A DNA stretch of 64,000 nt from Camelus ferus. Its lineage: Eukaryota. Location of the stretch: contig NC_045697.1 in the NCBI RefSeq assembly GCF_009834535.1, positions 91,266,001 to 91,330,000 on the forward strand, read 5' to 3'. The translations under genes and the position numbers were made by a program. The notes beneath the pieces were generated by a model. It saw nothing but the letters and a program-made list of their open reading frames with translations, did no database searches and was not told the DNA's origin. Within the stretch, counting starts at the first letter, position 1. Each line of letters starts with the position of its first letter. Positions 37,034-50,570 of the stretch are shown here, in pieces.

Positions 37034-38338
37034 ATACACCACATCTTTATCCATTCAACTGCTGATGAACATTTAAGTTGCTTCCACGTCTTGGCTATTT
37101 TAAATAGTGCTGCTATGAACACAGGGGTGCATCTTTTTGAATTAGAGTTTTCTCTGGATATATGCCCAGGAGTGGGACTACTGGATCATATGGTAAATCT
37201 ATTTTTAGTTTTCTAAGGAACTTCCATATTGTTCTCCATAATGGCTGCACAAATTTGCATCCCCACCAACAGTGTAGGAGGGTTCCCTTTTCTCCATACC
37301 CTCTCTAACATTTATTGTTTGTGGATTTTTTAATGATGGCCATTCTGACCAGTGTAAGGGGAGACCTCATTGTAGTTTTGACTTGCATTTCTCCAATAAT
37401 TAGCGATATGGAGCATCTTTCTATGTGCCTGTTGGCCAACTGTACATCTTTTGAGAAATGTCTATTTAGGTCTCCTGCCCATTTTTTGATTGGGTTGTTT
37501 GCTTTTTTTGGTATTAAGCTATATGAGCTGTTTGTATATTTTGGAAATTAATCCCTCGTTGATAGCATCATTTGCAAATATTTTCTCCCAGTCCATATCT
37601 TGTCTTTTCATTTGTTTATGGTTTCCTTTGCTGTGCAAAAGACTTTAAGTTTAATTAGGTCCCATTTGTTTATTTTTGTTTTTATTTCCAATACTCTAGG
37701 AGACTGATCTGAAAAAATATATTGCTGTGATTTATGTCAAAGAGTGTTGCCTTGGGTGGTATGGTCATTTTAATAATATTGATTCTTTCAATTCAAGAAC
37801 ACGGTATATCTTTCCATCTGTTTGTGTCGTCTTCAATTTCATCAGCATCTTCTAGTTTTCAGAGTATAAGACTTTTGCCTCCGTAGGTAGGTTTATTCCT
37901 AGGTATTTTATTCTTTTTGATGTGATGGTAAATGAGATTTTTTCCTAAATTTATCTTTCTGATACTTTGTTGTTAGTGTATAGAAATGCAACGGATTTCT
38001 GTATGTTAATTTTGTATACAGCAACTTCGCCAAATTCATTGATGAACTCTAGCAGTTTTCTGGTAGTGTCTTTAGGATTTTCTGTGTATAGTATCATATC
38101 ATCTGCAAACAGTGACAGTTTTATTTCCTTTCATTTGGATTCCTTTTAGTTCTTTCTCTTCTCTGATTGCTGTGGCTAGGATTTCCAAAACTATGTTGAA
38201 TAAAAGTGGACAGAGTGGGCATCCTTATCTTGCTCCTGATCTTAGAGGAAACGCTTTCAGCTTTTCTCTGTTGAGTATGATATTAACTGTGGGTTTGTCC
38301 TACAGTGGCCTTTATTATGTTGGGGTATGTTCCCTCTG
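36472..38338 (-). mobile_element. ~1.9-kb 5'-truncated L1 (artiodactyl type) with an internal deletion
   Basis: Poly-T, 3'UTR and antisense ORF2 (minus ORF 36901-37122 MFIAALFKIAKTWKQ); TSD cagtttatatctt (36459-36471) / cagtttctatctt (38339-38351); (TG)n at ~37007-37032. Confidence 0.92.
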
Positions 38339-38439
38339 CAGTTTCTATCTTCAAATGAGCCTAAAATAATGGGTAACTTCATCACAGAATTTGAGAAGCT
38401 TGAACCAAATATCTGAATAAATATCTTTCCTACTGCCTG

Positions 38440-39420
38440 AATCTCAATATTAGAGATTGACTATTAAAGATTGTTTCTTAGACTGAAAAGGAATCATGAA
38501 GTGCTCAAAAATCAAAACAAAACAAAATGCCATATTGATGAGGAATGTCAAAGGATCATAGGAGTCAACTAAAGAGCTCCCAGTAGCCAAAACTGGGACA
38601 GTTCAAGCAACTAAATAATAAATTACTGTAGTATTGGATTATAACCAAACATATAAATATCCACAAGTTTATACTAATATAAATTATTGAATAATAAATA
38701 GGGAAGAAGAGACAAACCTCTTGTTCTCATGTGCAGAATTCCAAATAATTTATGTAGATGTGAGCTTCCCAAGTGTGAGCTTCCCACGGTGACTTCCTCC
38801 CAAAGAGGTCAGTATGGGAAAGGGAGAAAGGAGAAAAGAGTAACTTTCCAGTGGAGAAGCCCAACAGACCCCTCAGATTACGACAGATTACCTCAGCCAG
38901 GTAATCAAGGGCAACATCATAGTCACAGATCATGTTGATAGTACTGTGGATATGATGTGATAAAAATGGCACTATACCCAGCGAACTTCTTCTCAACATC
39001 CCATAACCCCCAAAATAAGCATAAGAAAGACATCAGACAACTTTTAATAGAGGAACATTCTACAATATACCTGACCAGCTCTTCTCAAAACTGTTAAGGT
39101 CATCAAAAACAAAGAAAGTCTGAGAAACAGTTACAGCCAAAAAGAGCCTAAGGAAACATGACAACTAAAATATAATGTGGTTTCCTAGAACCGAAAAAGG
39201 ACATTAGGTAAAAAATTAAGGCTATCTAAATAAATACGGGCTTTAGATATTAATAATGTACCAATATTGGTTCATTAATTGTAACACGTACCATGCTAAT
39301 GTAAGATGTCAATAATAGGGGAAACCTGGAGGTTGGGTGGGGTGGGGATGTAATATGGGAACTCTGTACTACCTTCTCAATTCTTCCATGAATCTAAAAC
39401 TATTTTTTAAAAAAAGGGTC
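38440..39420 (+). mobile_element. Old L1 (L1MC/MD-like) 3'UTR
   Basis: 'gacttcctcccaaagagg...agtaactttccagtggagaa...tgtaagatgtcaataataggggaaac...gggaactctgtactac'. Confidence 0.8.
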
Positions 39421-39492
39421 ATGAAGTTAGTGGTTAATGGAAAACCTAGTAAAAATTTCTTTTCTTCCCTTCCAGTTGGAAAAGTTTTTGTT

Positions 39493-39536
39493 TTGTTGTT
39501 GTTGTTGTTGTTGTTGTTTTGTTTTGTTTGTTTTTG
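39493..39536. repeat. (GTT)n/(GTTTT)n microsatellite
   Basis: ttgttgttgttgttgttgttgttgttttgttttg. Confidence 0.85.
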
Positions 39537-41929
39537 CTAAACACAGATGAGATCTATCTCCTCCCACTTTGGGGTTATGAGTGAGCTTGCCAAAGTTAAA
39601 GGCAGATGCCTTAGAACACTTGAGTAGATGATATAACTATATAGTTGGTTGGAACTTGGACTCCCAAGGCAGCTGAGAAGTGGTCAGTAGAGCCACTGGT
39701 GGCCAGGAGCTTCTAAATGTTAGAACAGAGGACTTACTCCTTTGCAATCCTCGAAGTCAACCACATGCAGTTTGAATGACAGTTTCAACCAGTCTGAAGT
39801 AGCTTAAGTGATTCTAGTCATGGGCTCTCTGAGCAATGTGTTCAGACAGGACTGTCTGTTGGGATTTTCATCTCCTGCTCCTAAAATGGTGCCTGGCACA
39901 TAGTAGGTATTTCACAAATATTCACTAAATAAATGGTAATATGCTCTTAGAGTTCAGTACAGTACTTCAATATTTCACATATGGTTCTAATAAAGAGTTG
40001 TATAGCCTGACTGGCAAAATAATTATTGCCTGAAAAAACATTTATTAAATATCTTCTAATTCATGGACTTTATCTTTTATTATTTCATCTACTGTTAGCT
40101 TCAAATCTCTGAATAGCAGAACTGTGTCTTTTATTACGGGGAATGTTGGACCATATGTCATTTGAAAGGTACTTTTCCTTAAGAATTTATTAATGTGCCA
40201 GCTTGAACTCAAAACTGGCATATCAGGAATGGTTAATGTTTTCCTCATAAGGAACCCTGACGCAGTTGAATGTTACAATTTTTATTAGCTACAGAACCTT
40301 GCCAACTCATTCATGCTAATCTGCAAGTCCTGTAATTATCACACAAAAAAGTACTCTAGCAAATTTACCCTGCTTCTCAATGCAGGCTTAACAGGAAAGA
40401 TTTATTTTGAAAGCTCAATGGATTATAAACACTACTTTACAAAACATACTGCAACACACTTATACTTTGAGATACAGCCTTAAATAGTTAAACAAATTCA
40501 CTAGCATTACGTGGGTGTATTTCCAACCTTTGTTTTTCCCTATTGACTTCATGACTTAAGACATATCCAACTGGATGCTGACAAAGGGCCTCCTGGAAGC
40601 CTGCAACCATGGTAGAGGGGAGTGGTGGGAGCCCCATGTTTGTAGAGGAGAGTGGATGTCATTGGAGATACGTGTGATTTGAACAACCAGCTCCATAGGA
40701 ATATCACTGAGAGAGTAATAATACTTGGTTATACTCAGGAATTATGCAGTGAATCTGTGGCTTGAAAGTAACTAATAATTGCTTAGTATAACCTAAGACT
40801 CAGAAAGACACATGATCAAATACTACAAAGAAGTAGAATAAAAATGCAGTCTTGAATGTTTTGATCACTGAAACTGGAACAATAGGAATAACCTTGAAAG
40901 CTTATTTCTAAAATAAGTCCTTGCAGGAGCCAGTGAGCGGAGACCAAAAGCAGATTTTCAGAACTAACTTCAAAAAAGATTCTCTATATAATAAGGGTTT
41001 AATTGTTAAACTAAAATGATCGAGACATCCCAGGGATTCTAGGTCATGCCTAAACCATCAACTCGGACATTTCTCCAGACCTAATATATCTGATCTTCTG
41101 CCTTCAGCTCCACTCATGCCCCGGACTGGGCAGTGAAGTTCCCCATCAGTCGTTTGGACGGTACTACAGGACAGGCGCCTAAACACAGAACTCCCTGGAT
41201 ACTGCAGTACCCTGGAAGAGCTCTTGTGAGAGTGGGTAAGTGCAGCCTGAGTGTCTGGTGAGATCAAACCTGAAGAGAGAGTGAGATAAGGAGAGAGCTG
41301 AGTCATTAGTTACTTCTTTTAACTAACTCTCTGAAGTTGGCTGACTTCACACTAGACCTGGTGATTAATGGTAAAGAGATAGCTCTTACAATTCAACTTC
41401 TGTAAGTAGAAAGAAATTTAAAGCCTCCCCAGAGCATTTGCTTCCTCTTTAAATGCTTCAAAACAAATCTCAGTATCTCTAGGCTGTTGCCTGTTCTCAT
41501 CTTGCACACAGTCCTTGATGGGGAGGATGGAGAGGGCCAGGCATCCCCCATTGCACAGTGACCCATGGTTCTCTGCCTTTTGGCAGCAATCTCCCAAAGG
41601 GAGAAGCAAAGTCACAACATCTCAGGACAAAATGGCAACCCTGAGAGGTCATTTCACTGCCAGAAAGCACACACAAGCTATTATTCTGAAGAGAGAACTA
41701 CTTGCAATTTTCTAAGAGCTTAGTCTAGAGTTTGCTGAAGAAGTGCTTTTTTGTTCAATTAGCTCTTGTAGAAAGTATGTTTGTAAAAGTTAAGAAGATT
41801 CAATACTGAGAAAAATTCTTTTTCTGACTTTGAAAATTTTTCTAATACATAAGCACAATTCTTAGTTCCAGAGACTCAGTTACTCAGTTATCAAAGATGA
41901 TATAGATAAGGTGACAAGACCTACCAACC

Positions 41930-42697
41930 AGTTAGATGCTCAAACAGAAATCTAGGGTTCATGCTGTTTCCTCTCTGCTCATACCCAAATTCATCTCATT
42001 AATTCTCCTTGCAAAATATCTTAATTCTTCCACTTTTCTCCATTCTCACGGCAACATTTTCATCTAAATCTCAGTCATGTCTCGCCTGAACTATTACAAT
42101 AACCTCTTAAATAGAACTCACTCTTGCTTCTCTATAACCTGTTTCATGGCAACCAGAGAGAGACTTTTAAAACATCTCTGAGTTCATGCCATTCATGAGA
42201 TCATGTCATCTTCCAAGGCCATAGATGATTTGGCCCTTTCCTACCTTCCATCTTCACTTTCCACCATATTCTACCATAATACCAGCAACCTGTTTGTGTC
42301 CCTTGACTAAGCCAACCTCTTAACTGCCTTAGAGACTTTGCCCTCATTTCCTCTGGCTGTAATGCTGACCTACTCACAGTTCTTTCCTGTCTTTTAGGTC
42401 TTAGTGTAAATGTCACCGCCACAGATAGGTTCCCCCCCGATCAACCTGTCCCCTTCCCTTATTATTCTCCCTTTATTAATATCTTTGTTTATTTTGTTCT
42501 CAGCACTTATAATCTGAAGTTGTCCCATTTATTCATTAATGTATATACTTACTGTTGGTCTCTTCTCACCCACAACAGAATCTAAGCTTTTACATGGCAG
42601 GACCCATGTTTGTCTTATGATATCCCTGCACCTCCAGTAGCTAGAATAGTACCTAGAATATGGTAGATACTCAGTGAATGTTTATGAGATAAATGCA
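41930..42697 (+). mobile_element. L2 3' region
   Basis: 'tctcgcctgaactattacaataacctctt...tagaatagtacctagaatatggtagatactcagtgaatg'. Confidence 0.7.
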
Positions 42698-42717
42698 GAA
42701 AGAAAGCTCATTTAGAG

Positions 42718-42770
42718 CAGGGGTTGGCAAACTTTTTCTGTAAAGGGCCAGAGAGTAAATATTTTAGCAT
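42718..42770. mobile_element. MER58-like hAT-Charlie terminal fragment
   Basis: 'caggggttggcaaactttttctgtaaagggccagagagtaaatattttag'. Confidence 0.75.
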
Positions 42771-44344
42771 TTGAAGCTGTTCCACGAGAACAGCTTTATA
42801 TGCCACCTGATTCCTCAATACCTCCTATTTCCTATTCATGGCTGATTGTACTAGAACTGAACTCTACCTGAATCAGACGGTGTCTCTACAGAATTTGGAA
42901 TTGGGCCACTAAAATTGAACCAGTTAGATACTGATGGGCCTTTGAAATAATATAGTTGGGTGCATCCATGATAAATCAATTCAAATATAAGGTCATATTT
43001 TCAGAGAATAGAGATGCCAAAATAAAAAGGAGGTCGGTCTTCTGAAGACTCTTGCAAAAGAAGGAGATACACAGGTAGAATCATAGATCTGAAGCCCCAA
43101 GGTCCCAAGAATAAAGGACTAGCCTTGGGTCCTGTATGTCCAGTTCCATGTCCCACGTGGCCTAGGTGTGCTTTGCTTATGTTCTTGGATATCTGTGATG
43201 TGGCCTGTTATTATCTCTCCTTAACTGACCTAATTTGAGAGAACTTCTATTTTTGACAAGAGGAATGGGCGTTTCAAGTTATTATCAAAACTGTGAATCA
43301 ATACACACATATTTAACAAATGTCTGCTATGGTTAAGACATCTGATAGGCATCATAAAAGCAAACAAATATGTACAAGAAATTGTTAAGGAGGGAGGGTA
43401 AATCTAGTTGAGGGATGAGACAGAGATACATGAAATGGTAATTAACAACGTGAGGCTATGTGTGGTATGTGCCTCATGAAAGGATTCTATGTTTCTAAGA
43501 CTTTTTAAAAATCAATTTTAATGGTATTTAAAGCAAAATGAAAATAGATGCTGAGGAAATAATACTACTAAGTCAAAAGAATTATGCAACAGTGAATTCT
43601 GACAAATAAAATTGCTTTTTATCAAGAATTATACTTTTATATAAGTATTTAAGGCATGTTTTAGCAGAATTTTGAAACTGCTAACCATGACTCAAATCTA
43701 TTCAGATCAGCTGAGAATAAACCATTCCTGTGCTCTTTGTGAAGGAGATAATGACTATCCTCAGAGTATCTAAAAAGTGTTTGGTCCTAACAACAAAGGA
43801 TAGATCAAGTCTCTAGTGTGTCCAAAGTGAACTCTTGGGTATTTCATCAACAGAGGCAACAGATTACCAATTGCTTCAAAAATGCACTGCCTGATACTGT
43901 CTCTACACTGACAAAACATCCCCTCAGAAAAGCAACCTCCAGAGACATGTGTCTGATGTGAATGGATTTACGAATTAATTTTTCTTGCACCAAGATTTAT
44001 AGAAATACCATCTTCTACAGATATTTCCTATAAGATCTTCTCAATCTGAAGTGGAAATAAACTTTGTGAAGTCAAAAAGTTTATCAGGATTTTTTTAAAG
44101 TAAGTTTTTACCAAAGCATTGTTTCAAAAGGAAATAAAGGTGGGAGTTGGGGAGTAATAAAATTGATTACTTGTCATATCAATGCATAGAAATTCAGCAT
44201 ATGTATCATTATCTGCTACTTAAGCCCCGATGGTTTTTCTTCATTCATTGAGTATCTATGCTTGATACAAAGCAAGGTATGAGTCAGTAATTAATCTGTG
44301 TGCCTGCACTAGGAGTGATAGTCCTTTACCACCAGTTAACTCAT

Positions 44345-44526
44345 CAGTGGTTTTCCAGCCTAAGTGTGGATCCATGCACTTGGGGGTTTGTTGAAACATT
44401 TGCTGGGCCCCACTTCTAGAGTTCCTGATGTAGTAGGTCTGGGGGAGGCCTGAGAATCGGCATTTCTAACAAGTTCCTGGGTGATACTGATGCTGCTGTT
44501 CTGAGAGACCTCACGGAGAACCAGTG
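44345..44526. mobile_element. MER5A MITE
   Basis: 'cagtggttttcc...gctgggccccac...gcatttctaacaagttcctgggtgatactgatgctgctg...gagaaccagtg'. Confidence 0.85.
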
Positions 44527-44638
44527 AACTCGTATAACACTCACGTAAGCTTTGGCCCTGTCGCTAGCCTGGACTTCCCCACTGGATGCACGTAGAGAGT
44601 CCACTAGAACTGTGTGAAGAGACAGCCTGAGGTGGATT

Positions 44639-44662
44639 TGTGTGCGTGTGTGTGTGTGTGTG
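44639..44662. repeat. (TG)n microsatellite
   Basis: tgtgtgcgtgtgtgtgtgtgtgtg. Confidence 0.85.
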
Positions 44663-44926
44663 AATTCTATTGCTCAAAATTCATAACAATGGTTGGGGGA
44701 TTCTGTCTGTAATTCTGATAAATTTTTAACTTCCTCATCTTCATAGAAGGCCCAATGCCACCTGATAGTGGTTGCTTAGGTAAATAGGCAGTATAGCGGG
44801 TTCCCAGTGAGATTCACCAGCCAGGATCCATGGCAGATGAAAATCCTCTCACCAAAGAAGTTTACACTGATCGCTCTGGTGATAGTGCTGGTCCAGTCCA
44901 GTTCTGGCATTTGGAAAGGACTGTCC

Positions 44927-45300
44927 AAATGAACGGAATCCTGATGCAGGCCACGACATGTCTGAACCCTGAAAACATTATGCTAAGTGAAAGAAGCCAG
45001 TCCCCAAAGACCACATGTTGTATGAGTCTACTCATATGAAAGTCCACAACAGGGAAATTTATAGAGACAGGAAATAGATTCATAGTTTTAGAGCTGACAG
45101 GGGCTGGGGGAAGGTAGGGGAGTGGGGAGAATGTTAGCTAAAGGGTACAGGGTGTCTTTTTGAGATGATACGTATGGTCTAAAGTTGCAGTGATGGTTAC
45201 ACACATTGGTGAATATACTAAAAATCACTGAATTGTACACTTTAAATGGGTGAATTATACAGTATGTGGTTCACATCTTAATGAAGCTATTAAGAAAATA
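44927..45300 (+). mobile_element. L1MB-like 3' end
   Basis: 'gaaaacattatgctaagtgaaagaagccag...actgaattgtacactttaaatgggtgaatt'; perfect TSD aaaggactgtcc at 44915-44926 and 45301-45312. Confidence 0.9.
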
Positions 45301-45884
45301 AAAGGACTGTCCGCTGGCTGGCATGCTTTGTTCAACCTCATACTATGCTCACCAGCTTCCTACTCTCCAAAAAGCTCTCCTTAGAACTTGTGCATGTGCA
45401 CAGACTATGTCCCAAACACATGACAAAGCACTAATATTAATGGCCATTTCTAAAAGCAAAGAAGGGTTTCCCAAAATATAATTAAGCCTTCATTACCTAT
45501 TATTTTTATCCAAATTGAAGCAAAAAAGGTATAAAACTAAAAAAACAGGGAAAAAAATTTCTGGCTTATTTGAAAGGTGGTTTGTAAAATTAAGTGTTCC
45601 AAGTGTGCAAATAGGGAAGAAACTACAGAGGCCTCCACTCCAGGAAGCACAGTTTGAAGGAGACCATGAGGCTGGGGCTTCAGAAAGCATCTTTATACAT
45701 CCCACAGTATAGAGATGGTGTTAAGAAGCTAAATAGCATTTCCATTCAAGCGCTATAGGAAGAAGCTAGTGCATGAGGAAAATGCCCTGAATAGTACAGA
45801 TCTTAGCACATTTAAAAAGAAAAGAAAAGCAAGGCTCCAGAAAATAAAACTCACCTGCCCCCAAAGCAAATTACCTTAGAGTTA

Positions 45885-46800
45885 ATTCATTGATTAATAT
45901 GTTTGTAAAACATTTTGTGAGTGCATACAGTAGCCCCCAACACTGTAGTCAGACACTACCCTTGGCTCAAGCAAAACAAAGAAAAGAGAGGCCACTCCAA
46001 CCCTCAAGGAGCTTATTGAGTGGTGGGGATAAACCAGTGATCGCAGTGATTTCTGGTGACCACTTTGATAAATGATGCTTTGGAAGCATAGAAGAGGAAC
46101 AGGTAAATTACACTGTGCGCTCAGAGACAGCTTCCTGTAAAAAATGAGCTGAGTTTCAAAGGATAAGTAGGAGTTAGCTAGCCAGAGAATGAAGGAGAGG
46201 ATGTGACAGTTTGCACTTAAGGGCAGATGAGGAAGCTCAGCTGTGGAAGGCACCGTTGGCAGTGCCTTGGCTCCTCCACGGGCCCAGCATGTGCAGAACA
46301 GGTCTACCATGGTTCTAGATTTCCCTGGGTAACCCTGACCCTTCAGGTCTGGTGACACCACGTCTGCCTTTTATTCCACTAGTCCGAGAACTTGCTGTTG
46401 GCGGTGGCTTGCTACAATTGTTGCTCCCCTCTGCTTGCCTCACTATCCTGTGACCTCATAGCTCTTCCATCATCTGTGTAATCCATTCATTGTAGGAAAG
46501 TTCAACAATATCATTTCTGATTGGAAATTGCAGTTACCTGTGAATGGCTGGGGTGAAGGCTATGTGAGGGGAGAGGAGCAAATAAAACAAGAGAAGTAGG
46601 GAGTTAGGTGCTAAGCTGAAGGCAACAGGGAGCCATTGAAGGATTAAGCAGGGATCTGATTGGCATTAGTAAGACCTTCTTGGTAGCAAAGCAGAGAATG
46701 GGTTTACTGGGGTTGGCCACACACAGGTTAGCAGCTCAAAAAAAATCTAGGAAACTGTTTCAGTAGCCTGGTGAAGGATGAAACTGGCATGAACTGGATA
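45885..46800 (-). mobile_element. L2 fragments
   Basis: 'attcattgattaatatgtt...gagctgagtttcaaaggataagtaggagttagc' and 'gggagccattgaagg'. Confidence 0.55.
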
Positions 46801-47329
46801 GAAGTTCTCAAATGTTTTGGTCTCAGGAGCCCTTTATATTCTTGAAAATTATCAAAGGCTCCAAGACAGCGGCCTTAGTTCTCCACAGCACATGCAGACA
46901 CAACACAGTGATAGAAAAAAGATGATCTGTTGATGAATGTTTCTGTTTATGAGCCAGGATAACTTTCCTCAAACATCCCTCAGCTGACTCTCTTCCAGTG
47001 CTTAAACTAGTCACTGAAAAGAGGAGGCAGGGAAGCATCATGTTTGGTTTAAACCAGTCATGATTCATCCTCTGGAACCAGGGTTGGGGCTGGATCCATC
47101 CTCCTCTTGAAGCTTATTGGGGCACCTACTAGCAAGGAAGGGTAAGTGCTGTTAGGTCGGCAGTCACTGGTGGCAGCCAAAGGACTCATCAGTGTAGAAG
47201 TCATCAGCTGGAGTCCCGTGTCTACTGGTGATTAACCAGAGAGGTGATGATCTGAGGACCGGACTCTAAGGAATACTGACATTTAAGGAATGAGCAAAGG
47301 AAAAGGAATCTCTGAAACTCTGGGGCAGG

Positions 47330-47560
47330 AGATAGAATGGTTAGGAGCATGCGGCTCTCAGACTGCTGGAGTGGGGCACCATGAATGTCATTAGTGGTCT
47401 GATCTTGAGAGAATCACTTAGATTTTCTAAACCCAAGTTTTCTCATCTATAAAATGGCGAAAATAATTATACCTATTTCATTAGTGCTGTTAAGAGGGAG
47501 GATTAGATACAGTAATTGTGTAGTTGGCATAAAACCCTTAATAAATGAGGGCTACTGTGT
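47330..47560 (+). mobile_element. MIR
   Basis: 'ggttaggagcat...gttttctcatctataaaatggcgaaaataattatacctatttca'. Confidence 0.7.
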
Positions 47561-48769
47561 TATTGCGTATTGTGTTAATAGTGTTAGTATTAATGAGGAT
47601 CTGCTTCAGAGATGAAAAGATAATCAGAAGTAACAGACGTCAGGAGAAAATTTTTTAAATACTTCCAATGATAAATACTGAAAAGAAGCCGATTCATATA
47701 AGGAACGTCATGAGGTACGTAAGGGTTGTCCTGTTTACATTTTTCGCAACTACTATTGGCTTATATGAAACTAGCTGTCAGCCTAACCCACACGATGTTT
47801 TCACACAAACTCCAGCCAAACTAGGTCTCTGTCTCTCTGTGCCTGTGTAACTGATTGCAGGATTTCATTTATCTACTACATTGTATCTAACCCTTGGTTT
47901 TAGTCCAGTGTTCTGGGCTGACAAGATTAATTTGAAACTTTGATCTATCATGCTTACATTAGATGGCATTCCCATTGTTAATGCCATCTGCGTATTTGAT
48001 GTGTATATGTTGTATATTTTTTTCTATCTTATTATAACAGTTGAGGGTAAGAATATTTAAAAGGGAAATTGCTTTTCTCTAGGTTCATTCAGTTTCCTCA
48101 TCTGTAAAATGAGTATAATTATATCTGTTTTCACATAGGGTTGTGATAAGTAAGCAAATACCTGAACATGCCTGGTACTGTGTGTAGCACAAAGGTGTTC
48201 CTAAATCCTTCCTTGTTCCCTCCTGTCTTCCTCCCTATAGCACTCCTTTTTCTTTCTTTTTAAATTTCTTTAAAACATTGCTTAAACATATCACCTTGCT
48301 TATAAAGAGAAACTACATGTAGAATAGGACAATGTTTTGAAATCCAATTGGCTGGAAGAGAGTAAACTGAATTTCATGCTTTGAATTGGTGGCATCTAAA
48401 GGGAGGATAAAGGCATAAATATACTTCTGTCTCCTTTTCTCATGATCCCCAAATCCCTACCCACACACTCTACCTCCCATCACCTTTTTCCACAACCCCT
48501 CTAGCCCCTCAAAGCAGATCATAGTCAGTTCACTGTTGATAGAAATATATTCATTGAGTATCTACAATGTACACAGCATCCGGTGAGGGCTGAAGTTAAG
48601 ATACTAGAAGCCAAAAACAACCTCTTTGCCTTTTAGGACCTAATGAACTTCAGTATCTGGGTTTAATCCCCTCAAGCTAAAGCCTCTCCATTTGCCTGTA
48701 AATCAAGAAAGAAAGAAGACCCCGTGTGGACTTCTGCCCTCCCTCCCAGGTATATTTTATACATGTATT

Positions 48770-50570
48770 CTTTCATGTTAAATATTTATTAAACCTTTAT
48801 TATGTGCCAGGCATGATTATAAATACTAAGGTGAGGTCCCTGTTCTTGTGGGATTTATAGTCATGGGGAGGTGGGTGGGGAGAACAGACAAACACACAGA
48901 AAAATGCATGAACATGATGCCATTAGACATAAAAGTAATACAGAGCATTTAAACAAGTGACATGCTATAGTGTGGCTCCTCTAGGTTGGGTGGGCAGGAA
49001 AAGCCCCTCTGAGCAGGTGACATTTCAGCTGAGACCTGAATCACAGGAAAGAACCAGTTACACTAAGATCTAAAGAACATTCCAGGCAGAAGAAACACCA
49101 GTACAAAGTCCCCGAGGTAGTGATAAAATCGCTGTGTTCACAGGGCTGAAAGGAGGCCGGTGTGGCTGGATTACAGCACCCCAGGGGGAGAGTGGTATGA
49201 GATAAAGTGAGAGAGCCACGGGTCAGGTCACTCTGGCAGGGCCTTCCAAACCTGGAGGCCTGTTGGAATGTCCTGGGGGCTTTTTAAAAACTATGTGGAG
49301 CCCTCCTCCAGAGGTTCTGATTCTCTTGATCTGAGGTGGAGCCCAGGCAGTGAAAGTTCCCAGGGAATTCCTGCATGCAGCAGGGTTGATGTCTGGGTCT
49401 CACCAGCCATGGTAGGGAGTTTGTATTTTCTCCTAAGTGGGATGGGAAGGTACTAAAAGATATTAAGCAGAGGAGTGACGGGGTTTGAGTAAGTTATTTA
49501 GAAGATCCCTCTAGCTGCTACATGGAGAATGGTTGGTTGTGGCTCAAGACAGGAAGCTGGTGATTATTGTATTTTTGTTGACATATGCTTTCATTTCTCC
49601 TGGGTAAATACCTAGGAATGGAATTGCTGGAAACAACCCAAATGTCTCTCAAAAGTTGAATGGATAAACAAATTGTGATATGTTTGTACAATAAAATACC
49701 ACTCAGCAATAAAAATAAAGAACTACTGATGCATGCAATAACGTGGATGAATCTCAAAACCATTATGTTGAACAAAATCAGGCAGACACAAAACAGTATA
49801 TACTATACGGATCTTCTTAAGAGGTTTAAGAAAAGGTAAAACTAATCTATGGTGATAGTAATCAGAAGTGGCTGCCTCTTGAGGGTAGAGACTGACTGGA
49901 AGGGGGTTACTCGGGAATTTATGAGGGTAATGGAAATGTACTACATCTTGACTACATGAGTATATGCATTTATCAATACTCATTGAATTGTACACCTAAG
50001 ATCTGTACATTTCACTATATATGAATTTTATCTTAATTGAAAAAGGACTACTAAACACCTACTAGAATGGCTTTTAAAAAAACAATAGCAGGTGCTGGGA
50101 GTGCAAAATGGAAAACAGTTTGGTAGTATCAGGTAAAATTAAACAGGCACTTACTATATGATTCAGCAATCTCACATCTAGGCATTTACCCAAGAGAAAT
50201 AAAATGTGTCACACAAGCACCTGTGTGAATGTTTAAAGAGAGAAGCAACAGGGATTATAGTTAGAAGGCGATTTGCAGAGTCCTGGTGAATGATGGTGGC
50301 TTAGTCCAGGCTGAGGAGATGGAGATGAAAGAATGGACATGGAATGGAGATGGGCTATGGAGATGAAGTGAAGTCAACAACAGTCAGGATAGGTTCTCCA
50401 GGCAGAGCCTAAGGGGACACGGTAGTTGATTGAAAAGAAGAGAAGAATCAAGGATGGCTCTTTCCTTGACGGAGCTGTGGAAGCCTGGGGAAATCCTAGG
50501 CTAGGAGAGAGGAAAACTGAGAGCTCCTTTTCAGCCATGTTATGTCTGGATGTTTATTAGGCTTCATGGA
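48770..50570 (-). mobile_element. L2a fragments interrupted by MER5-like (~49240-49400) and L1 (~49568-50240) pieces
   Basis: 'aatatttattaaacctttattatgtgccaggca...gaggtgacatttcagctgagacctgaa'-like text, 'gaagatccctctagctgct' and 'agagaagaatcaaggatggctc'. Confidence 0.7.
49568..50045 (+). mobile_element. L1MB/MC-like 3' end with an inverted 5' segment
   Basis: Antisense ORF2 piece 49568-49630 joined through ctgg to sense 'ctggaaacaacccaaatgtc...' running to an A-rich end. Confidence 0.75.

Noticed and set aside
38759..38786. 13-bp tandem duplication tgtgagcttccca
   Set aside because: Ordinary slippage-type duplication within an L1 3'UTR
45894..46361. Longest ORF in the track (155 aa)
   Set aside because: Overlaps decayed L2 sequence, with no recognisable domain or gene context
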